From positions 31,074-95,073 of the IMG/VR virus record IMGVR_UViG_3300014204_000140: DNA of 64,000 bases; one strand, 5' to 3'. This document shows positions 28,001 to 37,979 of this stretch, piece by piece (position 1 is the stretch's first letter; every line of letters begins with the position of its first letter). The stretch is from a virus (Duplodnaviria > Caudoviricetes). The position numbers and the translations under genes were made by a program. Below the pieces are notes generated by a model, which was not told the DNA's origin, did no database searches, and worked only from the letters and a program-made list of their open reading frames with translations.

Positions 28001-31000
28001 CTGAAAGAGCATGGACTGGGCAGGGTAATGAGGATATGAAAGGTAAAGGAACCCCTGGTAATGTACTATTTGAAACTAACAAAACTTGCAACGGAGAAAC
28101 TGGTACTATCAAATGTAATATATCTAAGTTATCTCCCGAACATGCTGCAATATTATGGGATGTATTAATTACTAGGTCTCATAGAGGAAGTGGTGGTAAT
28201 CAAGCTGTATATAAAACTGAAGATGTTGAAGGATTAACTATTGGACAAGTATTAAAGTTATTAACTAATTTTGGTCCTAAAACTAATATTAATCATCCTA
28301 ATAAAGTTGGTAAAGAATATCTTAAAAATAAACAACTATTTATAGATAATAAACTTATTCTTCATTATGGAGAGAATACTGTAGATATACATGATATATT
28401 CAAGAATAGAATTAATATAACTCAGGAAAGAGAGAATTTTATTAATTGGGCTACTAAGAATAAAAATTATACTATTACTAAAGAGATTCCAGAATTAGGA
28501 ATTGAACTTAATAAACCTATGAAGAAGAAATTTAAATTAGGTTCATGGGTTAGTGAAGGTAATGATAACTATAGTGGATTCTTAATTAAGAATGGGATAG
28601 TTCAAACTGATGTAGATGAATTTGAAAATACAGGATCATTATATCATGCTCCTGTAACTATAATTGATATATCTGAATCAGGATATGAAGTTATTCCTGC
28701 TAAACCAATTATAAAGAAAGCTAAAGCTACTGCTAAAGAAATTGAAACTCAAAGTAACAAACCTTCTACAAATCCTAAGAATACCGGAACTACTAAAGTT
28801 ACTTCTACTAAAACTGGAGAACTTACAGTATCTCCTACAGAAATAAATAAGTTAAAATCATTACCAATAGGAACTGATATATATCTTAATATACATAGTA
28901 AACTTGGAGTTGATGAAGATAAAGATATAATTACTCCAGTATTAGTATTATCAGTTGTAGATAGTGGAGGAATTAAATCTTATCGACTTAAAGGTGCTAG
29001 ATTAAGAACTGCATTTGGAATATCTATTGAATCATTTCAACAAGATCCTGAGCCTATAATTGAAATTAGTGATCAATCTGTTAGTAAGATTAGTACTGTA
29101 TTAACTAACTATAAAGACTATAGTATCAATGTACCTAAAGAAATTGAAACTAAGGAACCTGATATTAAGGAAGAATCTACAATTGAAGAATTTACTCCAG
29201 ATATTAAAAAGTCTGATGTTATTACTGGGTATAGTGCTGATCCTATCACTGATATTAATTCTGGTAATGAAGCTCCGTTCAAGTTGGCTTATACAATTCC
29301 TCCTCATTATGAGATAATTGATATACAAAAAGAAACTAGATGGTTACGAGATAAATTAGGTAATATTCCAGTTGAGATAGTAAACGGATTAATATATATG
29401 TCCAAAGGTAATAGAATAGCTATTGGACAAATGAAGAGAGATTCAATTGCATTATCTAATGTAGCAATGTCTAGTACTAGTTATCATGAAGCTTTTCATA
29501 GAGTATCATTATTATATTTAGATGAAGAAACTAGAGGTTCTATATATAACGAAGCTAGAAAAAGATATACACTTACTAACCAAACAGATAGTCAAGTTGA
29601 AGAAGTATTAGCTGAGAAGTTTAGAGAGTATGTAATTGATAGAGAAAGTGAATCTCCAAGACTTACATTTTTTGGTAAGATTGCAGAGTTCTTTAAAAAC
29701 TTATATTTATTAGTTAAACATGTATTTACTGGATCTAATAGATTAACTGATTTAGATATTGATAAATTATTTCAATCTATTCAAAGTGGTAAATTTAGAT
29801 ATAATAAACCATCTAAAGAAAACTTAGATAGATTAGGATTTGGTACATATGAATTAGAATACAAAGATAGACAATTAAATAATGTTGTTAACTTTAAGAT
29901 GTTTAGATCTTTAGTTAGAGGATTATCTAGTATTGTAATGAAAGATGTTAGTACTAAGTTATTTAGAGAATATACTCCGGATAATATAAATACTCTCAAT
30001 CCTAATGAAGTGTTTGTATTTGGTAGTAATGCTGAAGGAGTTCATGGTAAAGGTGCAGCTTTGTTAGCTAAACAGAAGTTTGGAGCTGTACAAGGACAAT
30101 CTGAAGGATTACAAGGACAATCTTATGCTATAATTACTAAAAAAGATTGGAGAGTTGAAAAATCATCTACTTTGCAAGAAATTCAAAGTGGATTAGAAAA
30201 GATGTTAAAGTTTGCAAGTAATAATCCAAGTAAGAAATTTTTAGTAACTAAATTAGGATCTTCTTTAGCAGGATATACAATAAATGAAATAAGACAAATA
30301 TTTGAAAATCTTAAAACTCAAATTCCTAATAATGTAATATTACCAAAAGAATATGAACTTAGAGATCAAATATCTAAGTATACAGCAGTTGATGTAATTG
30401 ATTCTATTCAGTCTATTAACTTTAACAGCTTAAAGAATAGAATTGAGAAATTAGTTGATGATTATAGTAAACATGCAGAGTATAGTAGTTGGATATTAAA
30501 GACAGTTGAGAAAGGGCAACTAACCCCTAAATTAGCCTCACAGTTGAAAGATATGTGCAAGGTGGACTCTATATCCAATCTTACATTAAAAGTTAACCAC
30601 GGGCTTGAAAATGCCCTTAGATTGGCTGATTTATATCAGGAGGTTGTAGATAACTATGAAAACATATATAAAGATGCAATTGAGGAGTATATCTATAATG
30701 AGTTAGGAATTAGAAAGGTAAATAAAGAAGGAGAAGATAGAAAAGTAGATAATAGAGAGATAGCTAGATTTGATGAAGAATCTTACGAAAGATCTGCAAA
30801 AGATAGTATATCTAACTCTATTAAATTTTTAATATCAAATTTACATGAATCTACAGAAGTAGATCAATTAACTGGACTTTACAAATTTGTAGAGTTTGAT
30901 GAGATATGGAGTAGATTAATGAATGATATTCATAGTCGAGATAATATTGAAGATATGATGAAAATTCTTGAATCTAAAGATTACTTTCCATATCAACAAT

Positions 31001-31458
31001 TAGTTAAGAAATTAAAGAATGGTAGTGAACTTCTTAGAACTCAATTCTATACTTCTATTCATAGACATAGACATTCTTTTATCAATGTAATGTTTAGTGA
31101 GTTTAAAGAGAAAGGTAAATTACCAAACTTTAATATGTATTTTACTGATGCGGATATTCAAAATGCTGCTAAGAATACAGTTAATACTTGGGGTGAAATA
31201 TTTGCTTTATCTAATCTATTTGATGAGGATAAACTTGATCAAAAGAAATTAAATAAAATATTTGATAACTATAATCAATTAAAGAAAGATTATAAGACAG
31301 CTAATGATAACAATCCATTAGTTAATACAACTGAATTTAAAGATAAATTAATATCTATTCTTAATGATATTCATATAGAAGTAGATAGTAAGACTATAGA
31401 TGATCTTATATTTGATATTATAAAATCTGGTAAAACTGGTACAGAAGAAAAGCTTTAG
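25027..31458 (+). CDS. Giant virion cargo protein / N-terminal part of the vRNAP locus, with zincin and macro-like domains
   Basis: 2143 aa. TEGGEEAFQY cargo motif, HEAFH (29485-29499) plus EEVLAE zincin motif, and a VFVFGSNAEGVHGKGAA domain. Ends at TAG 31456-31458, overlapping a -1 frame that runs into the next ORF. Confidence 0.8.
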   Translation: MPDKTFRDTDYYSGQIDPMTGLQLAQGIPESSSYDPMLGVWNTPHPTIQDTGAELTSKYDTSVQPFVDINRLRGERQSGFAQLGSAINQAVVGQVVGGTVEGIGYLLDFEQYANLAKGTEQEFGNWFSDIGKSLQTWTQEETPVYTTYEPGSFSPDHWSWWMNNVPSVASTLSLLIPAAGATRGLSMLGKAAKIGRELGVAERWAAKGITQAIVSRHMESMMDSNQTYNDVLNKSLSSGMSDEESKKKASIAASSVYKMEWASLAQDIPQYLLLNRSFSTASLENTIGIARKMGKTITPVIGKKTAAIGWDMLTEGGEEAFQYIAQKEGEYLANTTYDPSLKRLFSDRLDSYLADGDLWTQGFFGAVGAGVVQTTGHAINKAIMGNKDPRIEDIQSWGSQFSYWNQRMKEAQTDGDTNAERFTKDALWSTLGTKAATVGNARNAMDFLEAMKSPTQEELDRFGVDENDLKVFQSELPKGIEKIKRIEKIYNDNSKLYNPDKAQLVTYHQALLEDQINNRNRLESLSNQDRSMIPNLDILPPHVKDYLFHEVDSRLINKRIKFFEKALNRSETESEEAQYQKNIDKLKTQLSTVEAAKKDIESIGGFTKTTINNYLPQLESKAFEDYRRHTQELEYSRHAISDLQSDLERIKRDDFISTPEERTKYTQQAKEEQEENKVYQPSIDDMVVYTAPDESISLHKINEIDEEENATITPVDETGNPTGDPDIIVDRNNLTLFHKEGAEELDQPETINWDETPEVEKTLYDEPGRGLRDVSASISHSHWEPSQRKTIVRNKAFDIHVSTPSNDLKGDNVSFSIDTNVANVATDERYRKALEKTTKTVNDKINNGEKFTKVEINNIVNTIRLTNNEDRFNSLVDIIPIKISYKTKDNQIFDTGLYYHDTNFIHRLSGGGWNIVIPSDVEDVEVYIQSEREKVRKNRKILLTALLSGKEVILYNIGKTMGIPNNTGVNRRIDEVLKQDANEIKLGVVDSTERAWTGQGNEDMKGKGTPGNVLFETNKTCNGETGTIKCNISKLSPEHAAILWDVLITRSHRGSGGNQAVYKTEDVEGLTIGQVLKLLTNFGPKTNINHPNKVGKEYLKNKQLFIDNKLILHYGENTVDIHDIFKNRINITQERENFINWATKNKNYTITKEIPELGIELNKPMKKKFKLGSWVSEGNDNYSGFLIKNGIVQTDVDEFENTGSLYHAPVTIIDISESGYEVIPAKPIIKKAKATAKEIETQSNKPSTNPKNTGTTKVTSTKTGELTVSPTEINKLKSLPIGTDIYLNIHSKLGVDEDKDIITPVLVLSVVDSGGIKSYRLKGARLRTAFGISIESFQQDPEPIIEISDQSVSKISTVLTNYKDYSINVPKEIETKEPDIKEESTIEEFTPDIKKSDVITGYSADPITDINSGNEAPFKLAYTIPPHYEIIDIQKETRWLRDKLGNIPVEIVNGLIYMSKGNRIAIGQMKRDSIALSNVAMSSTSYHEAFHRVSLLYLDEETRGSIYNEARKRYTLTNQTDSQVEEVLAEKFREYVIDRESESPRLTFFGKIAEFFKNLYLLVKHVFTGSNRLTDLDIDKLFQSIQSGKFRYNKPSKENLDRLGFGTYELEYKDRQLNNVVNFKMFRSLVRGLSSIVMKDVSTKLFREYTPDNINTLNPNEVFVFGSNAEGVHGKGAALLAKQKFGAVQGQSEGLQGQSYAIITKKDWRVEKSSTLQEIQSGLEKMLKFASNNPSKKFLVTKLGSSLAGYTINEIRQIFENLKTQIPNNVILPKEYELRDQISKYTAVDVIDSIQSINFNSLKNRIEKLVDDYSKHAEYSSWILKTVEKGQLTPKLASQLKDMCKVDSISNLTLKVNHGLENALRLADLYQEVVDNYENIYKDAIEEYIYNELGIRKVNKEGEDRKVDNREIARFDEESYERSAKDSISNSIKFLISNLHESTEVDQLTGLYKFVEFDEIWSRLMNDIHSRDNIEDMMKILESKDYFPYQQLVKKLKNGSELLRTQFYTSIHRHRHSFINVMFSEFKEKGKLPNFNMYFTDADIQNAAKNTVNTWGEIFALSNLFDEDKLDQKKLNKIFDNYNQLKKDYKTANDNNPLVNTTEFKDKLISILNDIHIEVDSKTIDDLIFDIIKSGKTGTEEKL

Positions 31459-31487
31459 GAATTTTAATAGATAGAGATATATTCTAT

Positions 31488-34400
31488 TTGTTTTCTAAGG
31501 ATAGTACTTTATATAAATATGCTACTGGACAAAAGATAGAATCTAAGTCAAAAGGAGTACAATGGGAACCTAAAACTTTATTTAAAAATGAATCTGTAGT
31601 TAGTAAAATTGCTACATCATTTGCTAAGACTAATTATGAAAATATATCAGATAATGTTCCTGGAGCAGAGGGTAATAATCATCATGTATTTTCTGAAAAT
31701 AGTTATGTTACTGATATAGTTCGTTATTTAAAAACTAATGATAAATTTTTAGATGATAAATTTAAAGATGTTTATTCTAGATTTTCAGAATATCTTGATC
31801 AATTAAAAACTAATAAAGATATTAAAGATGGTTTACAAGTTAAAACATTTAATGCTTTTATTAAGGATGGTACTCCTGATACAGGACGTAACTATATTGA
31901 TATAACTCCAATTGAAGATTTTTTATACAAACTTAATTTAATTAGATCTGGATATTTTGTATTCCCTACTATGGCTAGTAGAAGAACATACTACATGTTA
32001 AAAGGTCTTAAAAGGATAGAACTTAAGTATCAGAAAGAAGGAGATAATTTAGTAATACCAGATGAAATAATTGATGTATTTTATAAGTATGCATTAGCTG
32101 AGAAAAATAGAATATATAATGCATGGAGGACTCTTGAGAAGTATAGTGATCTTGATGAGAATGGTAATATTATAAAAGTAAACGATTTTACAAATCTTGT
32201 TGAAAATTATCATTATGTTACAGAAGGTAAGGTTAAGAACTGGCATAAAGGATTAGCTTATAAATATCAACATATGTTTAATTCTTTCAATAAGAAAGGA
32301 TTTGTATTTGATGAAGTATCTGTTAAGAATAGTATAAGGAATATCTTACAAAATGATATTAATGAAACTATTGAATTTGCTAGAAATAATGATATAGTAA
32401 GATTTGATAAAGGTAAATTATCATCTGTTCTTGTTGACAATGGAATGGTAACTGAACTTGCTAAAGAATACGCTGGAGATAAAGATAATGCTTTAAGATC
32501 AATATTAGCTGATTATACTATTAATACTAAGATATCATCTATTGAAACTATGATGATATTTATGGGTGATGTAGCTTTCTATAAACCAGATAACTCAGGT
32601 AATCCAGCAGAAGATTATGCAAAACGTTTATCAGTATTAACTTCTAGTGGATCTACTCCAAGGGAGATTATTCCTATTGAATACGAAAGTCCAGTATATA
32701 ACGTAACTACATTAACTGAACAGAAAATACCAAGTATATACTACGAAGCAATTAGAAAAGTACAAAAGAGGTTATTACTTCCTAAGTATAATAATGATGA
32801 AGTTTTAGTTGATAGGATACTTGATAAAGTTCTTAGAGACTATACTAAGGTTTCTCCTACTGATGCTCAGGTTTTAATAACTCCTGATATGTTTAAAGGA
32901 GATTCAATACGTAGAGGTAAATGGTCTGATAAAATAGATATAGCATTTAATATGCTTCAATCCGATAAAGTACTTACTGTTGAAGAAGAACAAGAAGCAT
33001 TGAATATTGTAATGCAACCATTAAAACATGTTTATTTTGATACAGTTAGTTATGATATAGATGATAATAATAAAGTTCTTATTCCTACTTATGATAAGAT
33101 GGCTATATTTACTTTATTTAGACGTTATGTTAATGGAACTCATCTTGAAGAACTTCTTGATAGAATGGAACTGAAAGGAAAGTATGCTTCAGGAAATCTT
33201 GAAAAGATTTATATGGTTAAGTTTAGTAGTGCTGTTAAAGTAGGAAATAGATTAACAACTGAATATTTTAAAAATCCTGATACATCTAGTCAATCAATAA
33301 ATGATCTTACAAAATTGCCAGTATACTATCAAAAGTTTAAATTCCTACGTAATCAAACTGCTACAGATCCTCATGAAATTCAGAAGGTATTACTTGCGTC
33401 TCAATTTAAAAAGATTACTCAAGCTAATATAGATGACAATGCTGATTATATTATAGATGGTAAACCTGCAAAAGGCAAAGATATAAAGAATAATATTACT
33501 AATTCTTTGATTAATTTATCAGATAAAGAAACCCACAGACTTCTTGATAAATTAGGAGTGGATGAAGATGGTAAGATGAATGAAGATTTATTCTATAATT
33601 CATTATTATCTGATGCTAAAGTATCTGGAATGCCTGAGAATGTTCAGGAATCAATTCGTAGACATATTCCTATAGATCTACTTCCTGAAAGAAAATGGAT
33701 ATTTCAGAGGTTTACTGCAATGATTAATAAGTATGGGATAGACTTACATTTACCTGGACAGCAGTTAATACAAATGTCTGGATTTGGATTAGGTTCTAAA
33801 TCTATTACAGATCAAACCAATAACTTAAAATTTTTATTTGATAATAAAGATAAAGAAAATCCTAAAATTGTAGGTACAGAATGTAAACTATCTGTACAAA
33901 TATTTAAAGATATTATCCCTGGATATGAGAATAAGTCATGGGAAGATAAAGTTAAATGGTTAAAGGATAACCCAGAGGTATTGGAAGGAATAGGTTATCG
34001 TATTCCTAATCAAGGACAGAGTTCAAGTATATTCTTAAAAATTAAAGAGTTCTTACCAGAGAGTTCTGGTGATGTTATTATATTACCTAATGAGTTTACA
34101 GCTTTAACTGGATCTGACTTTGACGTAGATAAAGTATTCTTTATTAGATATAATTATAAGACTGATAAAGATGGTAAAGTGTCTAAAGTTCCATTTATGA
34201 CTGATGATAATTCTACTATTGATCAGAGATATAATAAAATTCTAGATGAATCTTTCTATGATAATAAATTTATATTTAGTAAGGAATCTTATGAAGACTT
34301 TAGAGAGATTAAGGATAATATTTATAGTTCTTTAAATCTTAAGAGTAGGTTATTAGGTGATGAAGATGGTAGTAAATTATCTACTTTGTATGATAAAAGA

Positions 34401-37400
34401 AATGAATTATACAAACAACTTGATAATTCGTCTAATAGAGAGAAGGAATTCTATCATAGACAGATTATTGATATTGATAGTAGAATAGATGATCTCCTTT
34501 ATTATAAGAATATTATTAATGAAGATAATGATGTTCTTAAAGACTATAGAGATATAATTGAAAAAACTTTAGTTAAATATAATTTACTTCCATCTAGAGA
34601 AGAATTTAAAAAGTTACATTCTAACGGAAGTATAAACTATTTTCAACAGAATACTAAACAAGCTATACAGAATTATTACTTAGATAATGTTAAAGCTATA
34701 TTATTAAGCGAACAACATTTCTTATCTACTAGTGCTCCTCTTGGTGCTGTTACCGGTAGATTAAAATCATTAGCTGAGAAAGTTAGAGATGCCGAACAAC
34801 TTGGTAAAGAAAAATCATTTGATTTCACTGGACCTGTTTATCAATCTAATCTTAAATTTAAGTTTGCTAGTGGTAGTTTAGGAAAAGGATCATTTTCCTT
34901 AAGTAATTCTCATCATGTTATATCTCAGTTAGCAAATATATCATTTAATAGAGATATAAAAATTGGTAAAGTAGTAGATGGAAAGACTAGTTTACATGAA
35001 ACAGAAGGAGTAATAGAAAAAGATGGGCAAAGAATATTAATATCTGACTGGGGATCAGCATTGATTGATTCACAAGTTGATATTGAAAAAGATCCATATA
35101 TTATTGATCTAAATGTAGTTCAACCAACTTATAATGTTGTTCAGTTATTAATTAGACTTGGTGTTGGAGAAAAGACATTTGAGTTTACATCTCAACCTAT
35201 CCTTAAAGACTTATCAATAAAATATATTAATGAAGTTAAAGAAGGTAATGAATTAGGAGTGAGGAAATTTGATAAACCTATAACAATTATAAGAGATAAA
35301 TGGAATGATTTATATGACAATTCTTTAAAGAAACTTGGTAGTGTAAAAACAAGGAATGCAGAAGATGCTAGAATTAAAGAGAAGTATACTGATTATAAAC
35401 CATTAGAAGATGATTTATTGAAACTATTACAATCTCCAGTTAGAGATGCTGAGTGGTATTATAAACAACTTAAGATAGTAGATTTATTTCATACTTTAGA
35501 TAAAGGAGCCGCTAAAGATCTTAATAGATTAGTAATGGCTTCTAGAGTTGATACTAAGAAGTGGGGAAGTAACTTTATTGAAACTAAGATGTATATAGAT
35601 TCTATTAGGAGTTTATATGACGATAAGTTGTTTAGTAATCTTAATAAATTATTACCATTTGATCCTGAAACAGAAATTTCTACTGATGTAGAAGATGGAA
35701 CATTTAATTCAGCTTATTTGCGTAACGGTCCATTACTATTTACTAAGTTGATGGAAGGACAAACTATTACATCTACTAAACCATTTAATGATATTATAGA
35801 TAGAATTATTACTCTTACTAAAAATAAGTTTGCTAAGAATAAAGAGGGATTAATGAATCATATCTCAGATGAACTTCATTCTGCATTATTATCTAGATTC
35901 TTTTCTGATAAAGGACTATTAAACTTAGACACTAAGAAAGTTGCTATTATTATGGGTAAAGTAGTTCATTTCTTATCTACTGTTAATAGTAATCCTAAAT
36001 ATAAAGAATTATTAAAAGATAATGTATTAGTACAATCTCTTATAAAAGGTAAAACTACTGTAGATGGATTAGTATTTTTTGGAATACCAACTATTAAATC
36101 AGATGATAATTTTGTTAAAGAAGATTTAACATTTGCTTGGCAAGAGTTATTACAAAGTGACGATCCAACTCTTAGAGATTTTGCTAAAGAATTGTTTGTA
36201 TACTCATTTTATACATCTGGATTTAAAAGAGGAATATATTCTATATTTCATTATATACCACCTTCATTATTTCAAGAATTAGAATATACTTACACTAATA
36301 TTGAAACTGGAGAGGTAATTCAAGATATACTAAATTTCTCAAAATATACTACTAATTTATTACATAACTTACAAAACTTAGATATAGTTGATTCTATAGT
36401 TGCTAATATAGATAAAGAGATATTTAAGAATAATTGGTATGATTCTAGATATGTAGAACAATTATATACTGATGATCTTAAGAATGTAATAGAAACTAGC
36501 AAAACTAAACGTCCTGCTATTGGAACTGTAGATGATGTAGATATTAAGAGGAGACTATATCTTGGAAATAATGAACTAAATCAACCTGTCTTTAAATCTT
36601 ATATCAACTATCATACTAATGATAAAACTTCTTATTTAATGGAATATATTGGATATGATGGAGTATCTAGATCTCCAGTATACAAATTAATTAGTAAGAT
36701 GGGATTTCGTAGTAAAGGTAGAATTGTTAAAGAATATGGATTAGAACAGTCAATGTTTAAAAGAAATCAAGTTATAGAGATAACAGATGAGAAAATAATA
36801 AATATTATTAGTAAAGATCCTATGTATTCTTATTTTAACTATGTATATCCAAATAATAGAGAGTTAGTTATAAATAAAAGATTTGATGAAGAAACAGAAG
36901 AGAATGAAGGATTAATTAAAGATCAAATGCAACTTCCTATTACTTCTAGATTTCAAGGATATAAAGGTGGATTTGAAGATAAAGGTAAAGGTACTCCTCA
37001 AGGAGATGGTAAAGATAAAGCAATGAGAGAAGTTGCAACTACTTCTATAACTGAAGTAATGGATAGAAATAAACAATCTTCTTCATATACTACAGAAAAA
37101 ACTTTACCTTGGGATACTAACAAAACAATTGATGGAATAGTAATGTTAGCTAGGAATAAAGAATTTACTGGAAGAAATTTAGAAGTAGAAACTAAAACTA
37201 GAATTAATGAAGCTAATGAAAGAGGTGCTCAGTTTGTAGTAGGAGATATGCCTAATGTAGATAGTCAATTTATAGACTATTTACAAGAAACAGGAGCTAA
37301 ATTTACTATATATCATACCGGATCTGAGAGTAGAATTAAAATTGATAAACCTATTATTTCTAATATACAATTAGAAATAGAATCTTTAAAAACTGAAATA

Positions 37401-37580
37401 TCTGAGTCTGGAGTTTATACAGAAGATCAAATTAAAGAATTAAATGAGTTAATAGATAATACAGAGGTTAAATCTATAGAGGATTTAAATGAATTAATAA
37501 ATAAAATATGTAATCAATTTGGATCTCCAAAACTTAAATTATCACTAGGAGGTAAAAATAGATTTTCAATTAACGATTAA
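31488..37580 (+). CDS. Virion-packaged DNA-dependent RNA polymerase (catalytic part)
   Basis: GYRIPNQG and LTGSDFDVDK (34116-34130), the crAss vRNAP DFDxD active site, plus TDAQ and DIEKDP. The frame is open back to 31434, so it is probably joined to the upstream ORF. Confidence 0.9.
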   Translation: MFSKDSTLYKYATGQKIESKSKGVQWEPKTLFKNESVVSKIATSFAKTNYENISDNVPGAEGNNHHVFSENSYVTDIVRYLKTNDKFLDDKFKDVYSRFSEYLDQLKTNKDIKDGLQVKTFNAFIKDGTPDTGRNYIDITPIEDFLYKLNLIRSGYFVFPTMASRRTYYMLKGLKRIELKYQKEGDNLVIPDEIIDVFYKYALAEKNRIYNAWRTLEKYSDLDENGNIIKVNDFTNLVENYHYVTEGKVKNWHKGLAYKYQHMFNSFNKKGFVFDEVSVKNSIRNILQNDINETIEFARNNDIVRFDKGKLSSVLVDNGMVTELAKEYAGDKDNALRSILADYTINTKISSIETMMIFMGDVAFYKPDNSGNPAEDYAKRLSVLTSSGSTPREIIPIEYESPVYNVTTLTEQKIPSIYYEAIRKVQKRLLLPKYNNDEVLVDRILDKVLRDYTKVSPTDAQVLITPDMFKGDSIRRGKWSDKIDIAFNMLQSDKVLTVEEEQEALNIVMQPLKHVYFDTVSYDIDDNNKVLIPTYDKMAIFTLFRRYVNGTHLEELLDRMELKGKYASGNLEKIYMVKFSSAVKVGNRLTTEYFKNPDTSSQSINDLTKLPVYYQKFKFLRNQTATDPHEIQKVLLASQFKKITQANIDDNADYIIDGKPAKGKDIKNNITNSLINLSDKETHRLLDKLGVDEDGKMNEDLFYNSLLSDAKVSGMPENVQESIRRHIPIDLLPERKWIFQRFTAMINKYGIDLHLPGQQLIQMSGFGLGSKSITDQTNNLKFLFDNKDKENPKIVGTECKLSVQIFKDIIPGYENKSWEDKVKWLKDNPEVLEGIGYRIPNQGQSSSIFLKIKEFLPESSGDVIILPNEFTALTGSDFDVDKVFFIRYNYKTDKDGKVSKVPFMTDDNSTIDQRYNKILDESFYDNKFIFSKESYEDFREIKDNIYSSLNLKSRLLGDEDGSKLSTLYDKRNELYKQLDNSSNREKEFYHRQIIDIDSRIDDLLYYKNIINEDNDVLKDYRDIIEKTLVKYNLLPSREEFKKLHSNGSINYFQQNTKQAIQNYYLDNVKAILLSEQHFLSTSAPLGAVTGRLKSLAEKVRDAEQLGKEKSFDFTGPVYQSNLKFKFASGSLGKGSFSLSNSHHVISQLANISFNRDIKIGKVVDGKTSLHETEGVIEKDGQRILISDWGSALIDSQVDIEKDPYIIDLNVVQPTYNVVQLLIRLGVGEKTFEFTSQPILKDLSIKYINEVKEGNELGVRKFDKPITIIRDKWNDLYDNSLKKLGSVKTRNAEDARIKEKYTDYKPLEDDLLKLLQSPVRDAEWYYKQLKIVDLFHTLDKGAAKDLNRLVMASRVDTKKWGSNFIETKMYIDSIRSLYDDKLFSNLNKLLPFDPETEISTDVEDGTFNSAYLRNGPLLFTKLMEGQTITSTKPFNDIIDRIITLTKNKFAKNKEGLMNHISDELHSALLSRFFSDKGLLNLDTKKVAIIMGKVVHFLSTVNSNPKYKELLKDNVLVQSLIKGKTTVDGLVFFGIPTIKSDDNFVKEDLTFAWQELLQSDDPTLRDFAKELFVYSFYTSGFKRGIYSIFHYIPPSLFQELEYTYTNIETGEVIQDILNFSKYTTNLLHNLQNLDIVDSIVANIDKEIFKNNWYDSRYVEQLYTDDLKNVIETSKTKRPAIGTVDDVDIKRRLYLGNNELNQPVFKSYINYHTNDKTSYLMEYIGYDGVSRSPVYKLISKMGFRSKGRIVKEYGLEQSMFKRNQVIEITDEKIINIISKDPMYSYFNYVYPNNRELVINKRFDEETEENEGLIKDQMQLPITSRFQGYKGGFEDKGKGTPQGDGKDKAMREVATTSITEVMDRNKQSSSYTTEKTLPWDTNKTIDGIVMLARNKEFTGRNLEVETKTRINEANERGAQFVVGDMPNVDSQFIDYLQETGAKFTIYHTGSESRIKIDKPIISNIQLEIESLKTEISESGVYTEDQIKELNELIDNTEVKSIEDLNELINKICNQFGSPKLKLSLGGKNRFSIND

Positions 37581-37607
37581 TACTAAAATTATAATTTATG
37601 TACTAAG

Positions 37608-37979
37608 ATGAAAGATAATAAGAGATACGGAATAGAAATAATAGTAGATCTACATGATTGTGATATTAAGAGATTTACTAAAAAAAGTCTAGATGAGTTT
37701 TTCTTAAAATTATGTGAGTTAAGTGATATGACTCCAGTAGGTAAACCTAAATACTGGCACGAGTTATCTAATATACCACATCTTAAAGGTTACTCAGGAA
37801 TACAGTTTATAAAAACAAGTAATATATTAATACACACATTGGATATTACAAAAGATGCATATATAAATTTCTTTAGTTGTAAAGACTTTGATCCTAATGA
37901 AATTCTTGATTTTATTATAGAACATTTTAGAGCAAATAGAGTATACTCAAGAGTAATATATAGAGGAGAATATAGTTAA
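37608..37979 (+). CDS. speD: Pyruvoyl-dependent S-adenosylmethionine decarboxylase family proenzyme
   Basis: YG.EIIVDLHDC, GYSGIQFIKTSNILIHT (self-cleavage Ser), AYINFFSCKDFD. Substrate is not certain. Confidence 0.8.
   Translation: MKDNKRYGIEIIVDLHDCDIKRFTKKSLDEFFLKLCELSDMTPVGKPKYWHELSNIPHLKGYSGIQFIKTSNILIHTLDITKDAYINFFSCKDFDPNEILDFIIEHFRANRVYSRVIYRGEYS

Noticed and set aside
31456-31467. TAG readthrough or amber recoding (known in some Crassvirales) joining the two RNAP ORFs
   Set aside because: After the TAG the same frame reads GAA TTT TAA, and the downstream ORF is in the -1 frame. TAG and TGA also serve as normal stops elsewhere (1159, 4357, 47032), and long genes are intact in code 11.
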